A stretch of 64,000 nt of DNA from Lentisphaeria bacterium (lineage in GTDB: Bacteria > Verrucomicrobiota > Lentisphaeria > Victivallales > UBA1829), in contig JAFZZR010000062.1 of the NCBI GenBank assembly GCA_017615635.1, forward strand, positions 12,123 to 76,122, in the 5' to 3' direction. The translations under genes and the position numbers were made by a program. Shown here in pieces: positions 46,837 to 57,057 of this stretch; position 1 is the stretch's first letter, and each line of letters begins with the position of its first letter. A model generated the notes under the pieces. The model was not told where the DNA came from. It saw only the letters and a program-made list of their open reading frames with translations, and did no database searches.

Positions 46837-47556
46837 ATGGAAAGCCTTTCTTCCTGCGGAATCGTTCTTGCCGTCTTGTCGGTCGCTGCCGTTTCCTATT
46901 TGTGCGGATCCGTTCCCGTCGGCTATCTTATCGGACGTATGCACGGGATCGACATCCGCACGCAGGGCAGCGGAAACATCGGCGCTACGAACGTGACCCG
47001 CGTGATCGGGAGCCGCTGGGGAAAACTCTGTTTCTTCCTGGACTTCTTCAAAGGCATGCTGCCCGTGGTCCTCATCTCCATTCTGACGCCCGGGGCTGTT
47101 CTGGCATTCCTGCCGGACTCCTGGTTTTCCGGGGCCGTCATTCTGCCGGATCCGTGGGGCATTTTTCCCTCCGTCGCGGCATTCGCCGCCGTGTCGGGGC
47201 ATATCTGGCCCTGCTGGCTGGGATTCCGCGGGGGAAAAGGCGTGTCGACGGCGGCGGGCGCGGTTTTTGCCCTGAATCCGCCGGCTCTGCTTTCGGCTGG
47301 CGCAGTTTGGGCCGTGGTGTTTTTTGCTTCCCGTTATGTTTCGCTGGCCAGTCTGCTGGCGGCGGCGTCCATGCCCCTCTGGGCGATTCTGTTCCGTGCC
47401 GCGGGTCTGACCCGTTCGACGGTGCCGGAGATCGCGCTGTTCACGCTGCTTGCCTTGCTGACGATCGTCAAACATACGTCCAATATCCGGCGCCTGGTCC
47501 AGGGAACGGAAAACCGGTTCGTGAAGAAAACAGACCCTGAGAAAGACGGAAAATAA
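46837..47556 (+). CDS. plsY: Glycerol-3-phosphate acyltransferase PlsY
   Basis: YLCGSVPVGYLIGRMHGIDIRTQGSGNIGATNVTR, GHIWPCWLGFRGGKGV. Confidence 0.92.
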   Translation: MESLSSCGIVLAVLSVAAVSYLCGSVPVGYLIGRMHGIDIRTQGSGNIGATNVTRVIGSRWGKLCFFLDFFKGMLPVVLISILTPGAVLAFLPDSWFSGAVILPDPWGIFPSVAAFAAVSGHIWPCWLGFRGGKGVSTAAGAVFALNPPALLSAGAVWAVVFFASRYVSLASLLAAASMPLWAILFRAAGLTRSTVPEIALFTLLALLTIVKHTSNIRRLVQGTENRFVKKTDPEKDGK

Positions 47557-48560
47557 TGGAAAAACAATACCGTATTGCAGTCCTCGGCGACGGCGCCTGG
47601 GGAACGGCTCTTGCTCTGAACCTGCACTCCAACGGACATCGTACCGCTGTCTGGGGCGCATTCCCGGAAAATATCGAAGCCATGCGGCGGGACCGCGAAA
47701 ACCGCCGTTTTCTGCCCGGCGTTCCTCTCCCGGAAGATCTGGAGCTGATTCCGGATATGGGCAAGGCGGTATCCGGGTGCGATATGCTGATCCTGGCTTC
47801 GCCGTCCCAGTATCTGCGGGGAACGCTTCAGCTCCTGAAAAAATCGCTTTCGCCGGATCAGGTTCTGGTGAACATCGCAAAAGGGATCGAAGTCGGTACG
47901 CTCCTCCGGATGAGTCAGCTCTGCGAAGAGGTCCTGGGCCCTGTGAAGCATTACGCGGCCCTTTCCGGGCCCAGTCACGCCGAGGAAGTCTCCCGGGGGA
48001 TCCCCACCCTTGTGACCGTGGCTTCCCGGGATCCCCGGACGGCCAGACTGGTCCAGAAAGTGTTCATGAATCCCCGGTTCCGTGTATACCGGAGCTCGGA
48101 TCTTATCGGCGTGGAGCTGGGCGGGGCGCTGAAAAACGTATTTGCCGTGGCAGCCGGGATCCTGGATGGGATCGGCATGGGCGACAATGCCAAGGCCGCT
48201 CTGATGACCCGTGGGATCGCCGAACTTGCCCGTCTCGGTGTGAAACTGGGCGGACGCCGTGCCACGTTCGGCGGACTCAGCGGGATCGGCGACCTGATCG
48301 TGACCTGCATGAGCCGTCACAGCCGTAACCGGTATGTGGGCGAGGAGCTTGGCAAGGGGCGGAAGCTGGACGAGATCATACAGTCCATGAATATGGTCGT
48401 AGCCGAGGGTGTCCGGACCTGCGAGGCGGCGAAGGCACTGGCGGATTCCGTAGGCGTCGAGACCCCTCTGATCAACGGCGTATACGACGTGCTGTTCCGG
48501 GATCGTTCTCCCCGCGAGATCATCACCGAGCTGATGACACGCAAGGCCCGCAGAGAGTAA
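47556..48560 (+). CDS. gpsA: NAD(P)H-dependent glycerol-3-phosphate dehydrogenase
   Basis: IAVLGDGAWGTALA, NIAKGIE, SGPSHAEEV, GALKNV. TAATG overlap with plsY. Confidence 0.95.
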   Translation: MEKQYRIAVLGDGAWGTALALNLHSNGHRTAVWGAFPENIEAMRRDRENRRFLPGVPLPEDLELIPDMGKAVSGCDMLILASPSQYLRGTLQLLKKSLSPDQVLVNIAKGIEVGTLLRMSQLCEEVLGPVKHYAALSGPSHAEEVSRGIPTLVTVASRDPRTARLVQKVFMNPRFRVYRSSDLIGVELGGALKNVFAVAAGILDGIGMGDNAKAALMTRGIAELARLGVKLGGRRATFGGLSGIGDLIVTCMSRHSRNRYVGEELGKGRKLDEIIQSMNMVVAEGVRTCEAAKALADSVGVETPLINGVYDVLFRDRSPREIITELMTRKARRE

Positions 48561-48584
48561 GAGATCCGCGCCGGGCAAGAACTT

Positions 48585-49268
48585 TTATTTTTCGTCCGTC
48601 CGCCCGAAGTCGCAAAGCGCGCAGTTATGGCAGTCGAATTCCGGCGGCGGTTCGTAACGGGCTCCGTTTTTCCGTGCCTTCCGGATATTCAGGCAATTCA
48701 TTCCGGCCAGAACAAAGCCCAGCACGATGAATCCTCCGGGCGCCTGGCCCAGCACGGCGAACCCGGATTCCCAGCACTGCATATGCAGATTGAAGATCGT
48801 GCCGGCGGAAAGAAATTCCCGGATCACGCCGACGACCGTCAGCGCCAGAGTGAAGCCGAATCCCATGCCGGCCCCGTCCAGAAGCGAGAGGAACAGTCCG
48901 TTTTTGGAAGCGAACGCTTCCGCCCGGCCCAGCACGATACAGTTGACCGTGATGAGAGGCAGGAAGATTCCCAGTGCCTTGTAGATTGCCGGGGGCGCAT
49001 ACGCCTTCATGAAAAGGTCCGTCACCGTTACGAAGGTGGAGATTACCACGATGTAGCAGGGAATGCGGATCTTGTCGGGAACGATCCCCCGGATCAGAGA
49101 GATGACCAGATTGCTGCATACCAGCACGAAGGTGGTGGCCAGACCCATGGCCAGTGCATTGGAGGCATTGGAACTGGTCGCCAGAGTCGGGCACATGCCC
49201 AGCGCCAGAACCAGCACCGGGTTTTCCTTCCAGATCCCTTTCGTGAATTCTTTGGCAAAGGATGTCAT
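48585..49268 (-). CDS. rnfE: Rnf electron-transport complex subunit E
   Basis: WKENPVLVLALGMCPTLATSSNASNALAMGLATTFVLVCSNLVISL...IPCYIVVISTFVT. Confidence 0.9.
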   Translation of the reverse strand: MTSFAKEFTKGIWKENPVLVLALGMCPTLATSSNASNALAMGLATTFVLVCSNLVISLIRGIVPDKIRIPCYIVVISTFVTVTDLFMKAYAPPAIYKALGIFLPLITVNCIVLGRAEAFASKNGLFLSLLDGAGMGFGFTLALTVVGVIREFLSAGTIFNLHMQCWESGFAVLGQAPGGFIVLGFVLAGMNCLNIRKARKNGARYEPPPEFDCHNCALCDFGRTDEK

Positions 49269-49269
49269 G

Positions 49270-49890
49270 TCAGTGGCTCTCCTCTTCTTTCAGAATATCC
49301 GCCGCACGCCGGACCAGATCCAGCATGGCGTTGGAGCTTATGGTCGCCCCCGAAACGAAGTGGACGGTGCCGGGGGAAAGCTCATCGCCTGTCCGGCCTT
49401 CGTACGAGTCCAGCGCTTCATTGGCGGGAAGTCCTTCTTCCGTCTTTTGGCCCTTCAGCACGTCCCACAGACGACGGACCGCTTTCCGTTCCACCACCCG
49501 GGTCCCGATCCCGGGCGTTTCATTATGGGATATGACGACGATCCGCCGTACCCGGTTTGCCGGATCGAAACTCACCAGAGCCTCGATTTTTCCGCCGTAT
49601 CCGTTCATCGTGGATGTCTGAACGGCCTTTCCCGCGGGTTTGCCGTCTTTTTCAGCGAGGAAAAGAACGGAGTCCGTTCCGTCGCTGCCGGAAATCTTCC
49701 GTTCCTTGACGGCGTCGAAATCGGGCAGGACCAGTTTCAGATTTTCTTCCACCAGAGATTTTTGCCGCTGGCGGATGGGCTTCTCGGTCAGAAGCGCGGT
49801 GAACGCCATGACCGCGGCCGCCGCCGCACAGATGAGAAACAGGGCGAAGGAAAGATAAAGGATCCCGGATTTTTTTCTCAAGTCCGTCAT
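49270..49890 (-). CDS. rnfG: Rnf complex subunit G (FMN-binding)
   Basis: Start at MTDLRKKSGILYLSF (ATGA overlap with the rnfD stop at 49887-49890). NGYGGKIEALVSF...ISHNETPGIG...SGATISS. Confidence 0.85.
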   Translation of the reverse strand: MTDLRKKSGILYLSFALFLICAAAAAVMAFTALLTEKPIRQRQKSLVEENLKLVLPDFDAVKERKISGSDGTDSVLFLAEKDGKPAGKAVQTSTMNGYGGKIEALVSFDPANRVRRIVVISHNETPGIGTRVVERKAVRRLWDVLKGQKTEEGLPANEALDSYEGRTGDELSPGTVHFVSGATISSNAMLDLVRRAADILKEEESH

Positions 49891-51014
49891 TTCACTTCTC
49901 CCCGCCGCATGGTGTACGCCGCCGCGCTGGAAGGATGCCATCCGAACGGCCGCTTGTAGCAGATCCGGTCAATAAGAGGAACCAGAGCATTCATGATGAG
50001 GATGGCGAAGCTGACGCCTTCCGGATATCCGCCCCAGATCCGGATGACGCAGGCAATGATGCCGATCGACGATCCGAAAATCAGCTTTCCGCGCCGGGTG
50101 GTCGGACTGGTCACCATATCCGTGGCCATGAAGAAGGCTGCCAGCATCATGCCGCCGGAGCACAGATGGAAGAGAGGGCCGGGCGTAAGGGAAGGATCGG
50201 CCTTGCTGACGATCCAGGTGAAGATCAGCGTGGTCCCCAGCATGGCCGCCGGAATGTGCCAGGAGATGATTTTCAGCAGGATCAGTGCGATTCCGCCGAT
50301 GAGCACCGCCAGAGCCGACGTTTCGCCCAGCGATCCCTGGGTCCGCCCGAAGAAGCATTGCTTCAGAAGATCCGGCGTCTGCAGCGCCTGGATCTCTTCC
50401 GGGGTCTTCGCCATTTTCGCAAGACTCAACGGCGTGGCGCCCGTCGTGAAGTCGGGCTTCCGCTCGGTTTCGTGGACCTGGATCGCCGCCGGCGCCTTCT
50501 CTGCGTCCGGGAAAAATCCCTGACAGGGAGTGACCCAGGCGGTCATGGGGCCCGCAAAACCCACCAGCAGGGCCACCCGGGCCACCGCGGCGGGATTGAA
50601 CGGATTCTGGCCGAGTCCGCCGTATATGGCCTTGGCCACCACGATGGCGATGAATGCGCCGATCAGGCAGATCCACCAGGGCACGCCCGGAGGCAGATTC
50701 ATGGCCAGCAGAACACCGGTCAGGGCTGCGGAATAATCTCCCAGCGTGCTGGTCTTTCCGGCCAGCTTGCAGCAGATCCATTCGAATGCCATGCAGAACA
50801 GCGTCGTCAGAAGGAGGATCCGGACCGCGTGGAATCCGAAAAAGTAAATGGAGGCGGCCGCGGGCGGGATCAGGCAGATCAGTACCGTGCGCATGATGCC
50901 GGGGACCGTATCGGCGCACTGGATGTGCGGCGAGGCGCTCAGAATAAGTTTCTTCGGATCCGGCAGCATGATATCGGGCTGCGGGGTTTTTTCAGGTATG
51001 GGTGATTCGGACAT
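49887..51014 (-). CDS. rnfD: Rnf complex subunit D
   Basis: Polytopic membrane protein. SGGMMLAAFFMATDMVTSPTT (FMN attachment region). Confidence 0.9.
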   Translation of the reverse strand: MSESPIPEKTPQPDIMLPDPKKLILSASPHIQCADTVPGIMRTVLICLIPPAAASIYFFGFHAVRILLLTTLFCMAFEWICCKLAGKTSTLGDYSAALTGVLLAMNLPPGVPWWICLIGAFIAIVVAKAIYGGLGQNPFNPAAVARVALLVGFAGPMTAWVTPCQGFFPDAEKAPAAIQVHETERKPDFTTGATPLSLAKMAKTPEEIQALQTPDLLKQCFFGRTQGSLGETSALAVLIGGIALILLKIISWHIPAAMLGTTLIFTWIVSKADPSLTPGPLFHLCSGGMMLAAFFMATDMVTSPTTRRGKLIFGSSIGIIACVIRIWGGYPEGVSFAILIMNALVPLIDRICYKRPFGWHPSSAAAYTMRRGEVK

Positions 51015-51041
51015 GATTGAATTTCCTTCCGGACTGGTGGC

Positions 51042-52382
51042 TTAATGTTTTTTCCGGGCGCGGCGGATGGCGTTGATCTCGGCCTTCGCCCGGCGGAAAT
51101 GCTGGACCAGGGGGCGCTTCGCCGGACAGACGAACGTACAGGCCCCGCATTCCATGCAGTCCATAACGAAATTGTGTTCGGCCAGCGCATAGTTTTCGCA
51201 TTCGACCATGACGCTGATCGGACCCGGCAGCAGCCGCATGGGACAGACGCTCACGCAGCGTCCGCACCGGATGCAGGGCGAGGAAAGATAGCGTCCGGTT
51301 TCCCTGCCGGTCAGCAGAAGGATCCCGGAGGTGTTCTTCGTCACGGTCACATCCATGGAGGATTGGGCAAAGCCCATCATGGGGCCGCCCAGAATCAGTT
51401 TCGCAGGCTGTTCCCGGACGCCGCCGGCCAGTTTCAGCGCCTCTTTCACCGGCGTGCCGATCCGGAAGATCCAGGTGCCGGGATGGACCACCGGGGTCCC
51501 CGTGACCGAGGTATAGCGTTCGATCAGCGGATGTCCCTCCACAACGGCGTCGCGGATCGCCGCGCAGGTTCCTGCATTCTGCACTACGCAGCCCACGTCC
51601 ATGGGAAGACCGCCGGTCGCCACGGCCCGGCCCGTAACGGCGAAGATCAGCTGCTTTTCGGCGCCCTGCGGATACCGCACGGGCAGGGGAACGATCTGGA
51701 TCCCGTACGCGTCCGCCGCTTTTTTCATGGCCGCTATGGCATCCGGCTTGTTTTCTTCGATCCCGATGAAAATGCGGTCAACGTCCAGGATCCGGGCCGC
51801 GATGGCCGCACCTTCCAGAACGGCTTCCGTCCGTTCAAGCATAAGTCTGTGATCGGCGGTGAGATACGGCTCGCACTCGGCGCCGTTGACGATCAGCGTG
51901 TCGATGGTTTTTTCCGGCGGCGGAGAAAGTTTGACATGGGCCGGGAACGCGGCGCCGCCCATCCCGATGATTCCTCCGTCCGCCACGCGCTGCTTCAGAA
52001 CCTTCCGGTCCGCCTCCTGCCACGGAACGATGGGATCCAGGCCGCTTCCCCACTCGTCCTTGCCGTCGGAGATGATCTCCACGGCCTGAAGCGTATTGCC
52101 GGCCACGCCGGGCACTTCCGTCAGATTTCCTACTGTCCCGCTGGTCGGCGCGTGAAGCGGAACGGAGACGAAACCGCCGGGCTCCGCAATGCGCTGGCCC
52201 TTTTTGACGAGCTCGCCTTTGGTAACCGTCAGTTTCGGCGGCGCTCCGATATTCTGATGAAGCGGGACCAGATATTTTTCCAGAAGCGGAGCGGTCCGGG
52301 CCGTAATTCCGTTGGACAGACCTTTGCCGTCCATGGGATGGATCCCGCCGGTGAAGCGGGCGACATGCGGGGGCAGACTCAT
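51042..52382 (-). CDS. rnfC: Rnf complex subunit C
   Basis: Start at MSLPPHVARFTGGIHP (ATGA overlap with the rnfB stop at 52379-52382). GMGGAAFPAHVK. Two 4Fe-4S motifs, CIRCGRCVSVCP and CMECGACTFVCP. Confidence 0.9.
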   Translation of the reverse strand: MSLPPHVARFTGGIHPMDGKGLSNGITARTAPLLEKYLVPLHQNIGAPPKLTVTKGELVKKGQRIAEPGGFVSVPLHAPTSGTVGNLTEVPGVAGNTLQAVEIISDGKDEWGSGLDPIVPWQEADRKVLKQRVADGGIIGMGGAAFPAHVKLSPPPEKTIDTLIVNGAECEPYLTADHRLMLERTEAVLEGAAIAARILDVDRIFIGIEENKPDAIAAMKKAADAYGIQIVPLPVRYPQGAEKQLIFAVTGRAVATGGLPMDVGCVVQNAGTCAAIRDAVVEGHPLIERYTSVTGTPVVHPGTWIFRIGTPVKEALKLAGGVREQPAKLILGGPMMGFAQSSMDVTVTKNTSGILLLTGRETGRYLSSPCIRCGRCVSVCPMRLLPGPISVMVECENYALAEHNFVMDCMECGACTFVCPAKRPLVQHFRRAKAEINAIRRARKKH

Positions 52383-53224
52383 TTTTGCGTCTCCTTCGGG
52401 GATATGGGCTGGATCGCGCGATGGGTTTCCTCCGTTTGGAGGGCGCCGGTGGGACATCCTGCCGTTTCCGCCAATGAGATATCGGGCGGATTTTCACAGT
52501 TAATCCGCACGGTTCCGTTTTCCTGTTTTTCCACCCGGCCCTGGCCGTCTGCACGGATGCATTTCCCGCAGGAGATGCAGGCCGCGGAACAGACCTTGCG
52601 CCGGGCTGCCGGTTTGTCGGCCGAGCTGCAGTATACATGAATCTTCACCGAAGCGGGAACCAGCCGGATCAGATTCCGGGGACAGACCGTTACGCATTTC
52701 CCGCAGCCGCGGCAGACTTCCGGATGCACCACGGCCAGACCGTCCCGCATTTCGATGGCGCCGAAGGGACATGCCCGGGCGCAGCAGCCGTAGCCGATGC
52801 ATCCGTAGGCGCAGGCCTTCCCGCCGCCTCCGGCCACATTGGCGGACCGGCAGTCCATGATCCCGTTATACTGAGCCTTCCGAGCGGCCCGGGAAAGGGA
52901 TCCGCCGCAGAAGACCACCGCCGTCATTTTTTCTTTTTCTTCCGCCTCCACACCCAGAAACGCGGAAAGATTTTTCAGTGCCGCGGCGCTTATGACCGTG
53001 CAGCGCGACGGGCTGATCCCGCGGTTCACGATGGCGTCCGCCAAGTCCGCACAGCCGGCGAATCCGCAGCCTCCGCAGTTGGCGCCGGGCAGGAGTTCCC
53101 GGACTTTTTCCACCTTGGGGTCGGCCTCCACATCGAATTTTTTCGCCGTGAATGCGATCAGGCAGCCGAGGATCAGTCCGATGATCCCCACCACGCAGAC
53201 TGCGGCCAGAAAAGTCGTTGACAT
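52379..53224 (-). CDS. rnfB: Rnf complex subunit B (polyferredoxin)
   Basis: N-terminal TM, LPGANCGGCGFAGC, and several CxxCxxCxxxCP ferredoxin motifs. Confidence 0.9.
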   Translation of the reverse strand: MSTTFLAAVCVVGIIGLILGCLIAFTAKKFDVEADPKVEKVRELLPGANCGGCGFAGCADLADAIVNRGISPSRCTVISAAALKNLSAFLGVEAEEKEKMTAVVFCGGSLSRAARKAQYNGIMDCRSANVAGGGGKACAYGCIGYGCCARACPFGAIEMRDGLAVVHPEVCRGCGKCVTVCPRNLIRLVPASVKIHVYCSSADKPAARRKVCSAACISCGKCIRADGQGRVEKQENGTVRINCENPPDISLAETAGCPTGALQTEETHRAIQPISPKETQK

Positions 53225-53246
53225 TCTTCCCTCTTCTCCTTTCGGC

Positions 53247-53867
53247 TTATTTGACCAGAAGCCCGAATCCCATGAACGCCATGGCCAGAATCCCCGCGGT
53301 CACCAGCGCAATGGCGGTCCCGCGGAAGGGCCGGGGTATCATGGAAAGTTCCAGCCGCTCCCGGAGACAGGCAAAAAGCAGAAGCGCCAGGCCGAAACCG
53401 AGTCCTGTGGCGAACCCGAACACCGTCGATTCCAGAATCCCGCGGCCCAGTCCGTTGTTTGCTCCCGCGTTGAGCTCCGCCGCACCCAGCACCGCGCAGT
53501 TCGTGGTGATCAGGGGCAGATAGATGCCCAGCGCCCGGTACAGGGACGGAGAGAATTTCCGGAGCAGGATCTCGATGATCTGCACCAGAGAGGCTATGAC
53601 CACGATGAACACCAGAAATTTCGTGAACGAGAGATTCACCGTGGTCCCGCAGATCGTGATCTCGGCGGAGAGAAGCAGCTTGTACAGCAGCGCCGTCACA
53701 AAGGACGAGATGGTCAGGACGAACGTCACCGCGCCCGACATCCCCAGGGCCGTTTCCAGTTTCTTCGAGACGCCCAGAAACGGACAGATCCCCAGAATCC
53801 GGGACAGCACCACGTTGTTGACCAGTATCGCTCCGACGGTTATCAGGAGCCATTCATTGGAAGGCAT
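53247..53867 (-). CDS. rnfA: Rnf complex subunit A
   Basis: LVNNVVLSRILGICPFLGVSKKLETALGMSGAVTFV. GGAGGAA RBS upstream. Confidence 0.92.
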   Translation of the reverse strand: MPSNEWLLITVGAILVNNVVLSRILGICPFLGVSKKLETALGMSGAVTFVLTISSFVTALLYKLLLSAEITICGTTVNLSFTKFLVFIVVIASLVQIIEILLRKFSPSLYRALGIYLPLITTNCAVLGAAELNAGANNGLGRGILESTVFGFATGLGFGLALLLFACLRERLELSMIPRPFRGTAIALVTAGILAMAFMGFGLLVK

Positions 53868-53941
53868 CGCTCATTCCTCCGTTTCTTCAGCGGTACCGCC
53901 GCATTCGACGCGCGGCAATGTGAACTTCGATAAGCACATAT

Positions 53942-53969
53942 AAGATACTCCGTTTTTCCTTTTTTTCAA
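53942..53969 (-). promoter_or_regulatory. Candidate promoter of the rnf operon
   Basis: On the minus strand: TTGAAA (53969-53964), 16-nt spacer, TATCTT (53947-53942), about 75 nt upstream of the rnfA ATG and just downstream of the kinase terminator. Confidence 0.25.
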
Positions 53970-54004
53970 GGGCCGCGAACCACTTCTCCCCGCCTTCCGC
54001 CCCG

Positions 54005-54041
54005 AAAAAAAAGTCCGGGCCGGCGGATAACCGGTCCGGAC
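54005..54041 (-). terminator. Rho-independent terminator after the Ser/Thr kinase gene
   Basis: Minus strand: GTCCGGACCGG-TTATCCG-CCGGCCCGGAC (10 bp, one A-C mismatch, 7-nt loop) followed by T8. Starts 24 nt after the kinase stop. Confidence 0.65.
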
Positions 54042-54064
54042 ATCCTGTCTGCTTTTCACGCCGG

Positions 54065-56365
54065 TCAGAAGAGACTCTTGAACTCGGGGATCTTCCCGAA
54101 CTGATCCTGCAGCTTGTCCCGCTTGCCGATGGACGCATTTTCCAGAATCAGTTTCAGGGCATTTCGAATTTCGTTGACGAACGGACCGGTCGCCTTCAAC
54201 TCCTCCGGACTCATTTCCCCTTTGACCGCCTTCAATCCGGAGGCGTCGCCGGAAAGCAGCATGTAGAGGAACAGAGCATCTTTCTTGTCCGTCTTGTCCG
54301 CGGCGAGGAAGACCAGTTCCTGCTTGGTTTCGACGGGCAGCTTGGCGATCGGGATCGCCGAGAACTTGTTCTTGTCTATCTTGTAACGCAGCTTGCCGTT
54401 GGTTATGCTCTGGACCGCCACTTTTCGGCCGTTCAGATTCAGCTTGCTGTTCGCCAGCGTTTCCCCTTCGCCGAATGCGGCCTCGTGGATCGCCGCGCAG
54501 TCGCCCAGCGAAATGGAGAAGCGGCGCAGCAAGTCTGTCTGACCCTGGAACGGACCTTTCAGCTGCGGTGTCTCCTGGATCATCTTGTCCAGTTTTTCGC
54601 GCATGCCGTCGAGTGTCTTTTTGGCGCCGGAGAAGTTGCCCTTCGCCGTTTCCGTAAAGACGCCGGCCATCATGTCGGCTTTTTCCTGGGGCAAGGATGT
54701 CTTGGCTGCTTCCAGGATCTGTTTCGCCCTGGCGGCCTGTTCGGCTTTCTGCCGGGCGAGTTCTTCCCGTTTGCGTTTTTCCGCTGCTTCGCGTTCGGCT
54801 TTCAGCCTCGCGGCGGCCTCCTGCTTTTCGATGGCTTCCGTGCGTTTCCGGATATAATCTTCGCGCCGTTCTCCCGCAATTTTCCGTTTCTCTTCATATT
54901 CGATGAGCTTTTCGTCCGCCCGGGAGAGGAGGGCCATGAATTCGGGGAAGACCGCATTTTCCGCCTCGTTTTCGGGGCCGGCATAAGTCGAGAGGAATTT
55001 CTCACATTTCTGAAGCACTTCCTCCACTTTATTCTGGTTCAGCGCCGCATAGGCGAGAATGTCGTTCATGGTACGGGACGCCTCGGTGGCCGCCGGTTTT
55101 TTCTTCCGCATGGGCGGCTTCGGCGCATGATGGACCGTCGGTCCCTCGTCGGCGGAAGATATCAGCACAAGCGAAGTCACTGCGCCTGCGACCAGGATCA
55201 CCGCTATGACAATGGCCGAAATCACCATCTTCATCTTCCGCTGTTCTTTTTTCTGGGCCTCGATGACCTGGGAAACGGATTCCTCGGTGAAGAGGTGATC
55301 CTGATTGTCCGTGTCCACCTTGCCCGCTGCAGCCTGCGGACCTTTCGGCCCCTTCTGCGGCTTCAGTCCGATTTTGTGCGGCGCCGTCTTGCCGTGTCCG
55401 GGTTTTACCGGGGCCGGGCCGGCGGCATCCACCATCTTCTTCGCGATGCGGAGGTCGTCCACCAGCGATTCCGCCGTCTGATAACGCATGATGGGATTCT
55501 TGGCCATCATTTTTTCGATGATGCGGGACACGCATTCCGGGACCGCCGGATTCACCTTGCTCGGCGGAATCAGCGGTTCCGTGATGTGCTTCTGCGCGAT
55601 TTCCGCGCCCGTGCGCCCTTCGAACGGGAATTTCCCCGTCACGAAATGATAGAACGTCGCTCCCAGACTGTAGATGTCGCTCCGCACGTCCATGGGTGCT
55701 CCCGTCAAATGCTCCGGACTGATGTACTGCGGCGTACCCATGACTTCGTCGTCTTCCGAGTCATCGATATCACCGGCCACCCGCGCAAGACCCAGGTCGG
55801 CCAGCTTGGCGCGGCCCGAAGACGTCAGCATGATATTGTCGGGTTTGATGTCACGGTGGATCAGTTTCTGCTCGATCCACGCATAGTTCAGCGCTTCGGC
55901 GATCTGCTGGATGATGCTGATCGCCTGATCCACGGGAATGATCTTCTCCCGCTTCAGTACGCTCTTCATCGTCTCCCCGTCGATATTCTCCATGGCAAAG
56001 TAGAAGATCCCCTCGTCCTCTCCCACCGCGTACGCCTGCACGATGTGCGGATGATTCAGTTTCGCCGCCGCACGCGCTTCCTTGATGAATCCCACCACGA
56101 ATTCCGCGTTGTTCGCGTACTGATCCGCCAGAACCTTCACTGCCGCAGGACGGTCCAGACTGATCTGGTGCGCCAGATACACCACACCCATGCCGCCCCG
56201 GCCGATCTCGCTCCGGATGATGAAATCCCCCACAAGACAGCCCGGCGCCACTCTGGACGAAGGAACCCTTACGATTTGCGAACAGTGTCCGCACTGGACC
56301 ATGGTGTTGAGGTCGCCGTTGTCCACAGCCACGACCCCGCCGCATTCGGGACATTGAAATCGCAT
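54065..56365 (-). CDS. Ser/Thr protein kinase with N-terminal zinc ribbon, one TM segment and extracytoplasmic coiled-coil/unknown domain
   Basis: MRFQCPECGG...CGHCSQ. GRGGMGVVYLA...AVKVL, HRDIKPDNIML, DLGLA, GTPQYISPE. TM ISAIVIAVILVAGAVTSLVLI. Lys/Glu/Ala-rich coiled coil. Confidence 0.9.
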   Translation of the reverse strand: MRFQCPECGGVVAVDNGDLNTMVQCGHCSQIVRVPSSRVAPGCLVGDFIIRSEIGRGGMGVVYLAHQISLDRPAAVKVLADQYANNAEFVVGFIKEARAAAKLNHPHIVQAYAVGEDEGIFYFAMENIDGETMKSVLKREKIIPVDQAISIIQQIAEALNYAWIEQKLIHRDIKPDNIMLTSSGRAKLADLGLARVAGDIDDSEDDEVMGTPQYISPEHLTGAPMDVRSDIYSLGATFYHFVTGKFPFEGRTGAEIAQKHITEPLIPPSKVNPAVPECVSRIIEKMMAKNPIMRYQTAESLVDDLRIAKKMVDAAGPAPVKPGHGKTAPHKIGLKPQKGPKGPQAAAGKVDTDNQDHLFTEESVSQVIEAQKKEQRKMKMVISAIVIAVILVAGAVTSLVLISSADEGPTVHHAPKPPMRKKKPAATEASRTMNDILAYAALNQNKVEEVLQKCEKFLSTYAGPENEAENAVFPEFMALLSRADEKLIEYEEKRKIAGERREDYIRKRTEAIEKQEAAARLKAEREAAEKRKREELARQKAEQAARAKQILEAAKTSLPQEKADMMAGVFTETAKGNFSGAKKTLDGMREKLDKMIQETPQLKGPFQGQTDLLRRFSISLGDCAAIHEAAFGEGETLANSKLNLNGRKVAVQSITNGKLRYKIDKNKFSAIPIAKLPVETKQELVFLAADKTDKKDALFLYMLLSGDASGLKAVKGEMSPEELKATGPFVNEIRNALKLILENASIGKRDKLQDQFGKIPEFKSLF

Positions 56366-56424
56366 TTTAACGTTGGTCCTTTCCTCTGGTTCCGACTGGA
56401 TCGTCCTTTTTCATATTTGTTTTG

Positions 56425-57057
56425 TTATTCATCTTCATAGCTTACCGCCGTCCGCCCGGAAATCGAATTCACTGTGAGCACCGCGTACGTCGTCTTTGAA
56501 CCCGTCTTCTTCAGCGTAAACGTATCCGATCCGGGGATCTTCGTTCCTTCCGCCGCACGGATCGTAATGGGTTTCACCGACGAATCCGATATAAGGATCT
56601 GACCGCGGGGCGAGAAGGTGATCGCACGGGACGCCGCCGCCGAGGTTCCTCCGCCGAGATCGGAAAAATCTACGCTCGAGATAGAATAGGGGGCAGTGGT
56701 CCCGCTGGCTCCTTCGTGAAAGTTCTTATCTCCGTCGGGAATCACGACTCCGTCTCCGATTCTCTCCCAGGAACTGCCGTCCAGCCATTTCACAAACGCA
56801 AAGCCGGAGGAGGTTTTCCGGATCTCCGCCAGACGTGTCGAATCGCCCGAATAAAAAATCAGCGCCGTGTAGATATGGTCCGAGACCGCACGGGCACGGG
56901 CCAGCGAGATGTTCGCCGCTATGGCGCTCATGGCCCCGGTAAGCCGCCGGCCGGACGAGATATTGTAGAATGCGGGCAGAGAAATGGAGAGCAGGATGGC
57001 CGCAACGGCGCAGACCAGCACCAGCTCCAGAGCGGTAAAGGGCAGTCGTTTCTTCAT
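56425..57057 (-). CDS. GspH/FimT-like minor pseudopilin
   Basis: Start at MKKRLPFTALELVLVCAVAAILLSISLPAF (Glu at +5). ...AANISLARARAV. ATGA overlap with the upstream gene (57054-57057). Confidence 0.7.
   Translation of the reverse strand: MKKRLPFTALELVLVCAVAAILLSISLPAFYNISSGRRLTGAMSAIAANISLARARAVSDHIYTALIFYSGDSTRLAEIRKTSSGFAFVKWLDGSSWERIGDGVVIPDGDKNFHEGASGTTAPYSISSVDFSDLGGGTSAAASRAITFSPRGQILISDSSVKPITIRAAEGTKIPGSDTFTLKKTGSKTTYAVLTVNSISGRTAVSYEDE

Noticed and set aside
48546-48600. GCCCG...CGGGC stem followed by TTTTATTTTT between convergent gpsA and rnfE, a possible bidirectional terminator
   Set aside because: It has only a 5-bp stem with a 21-nt loop, and the T-tract starts 6 nt after the stem. 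That is too weak to call.
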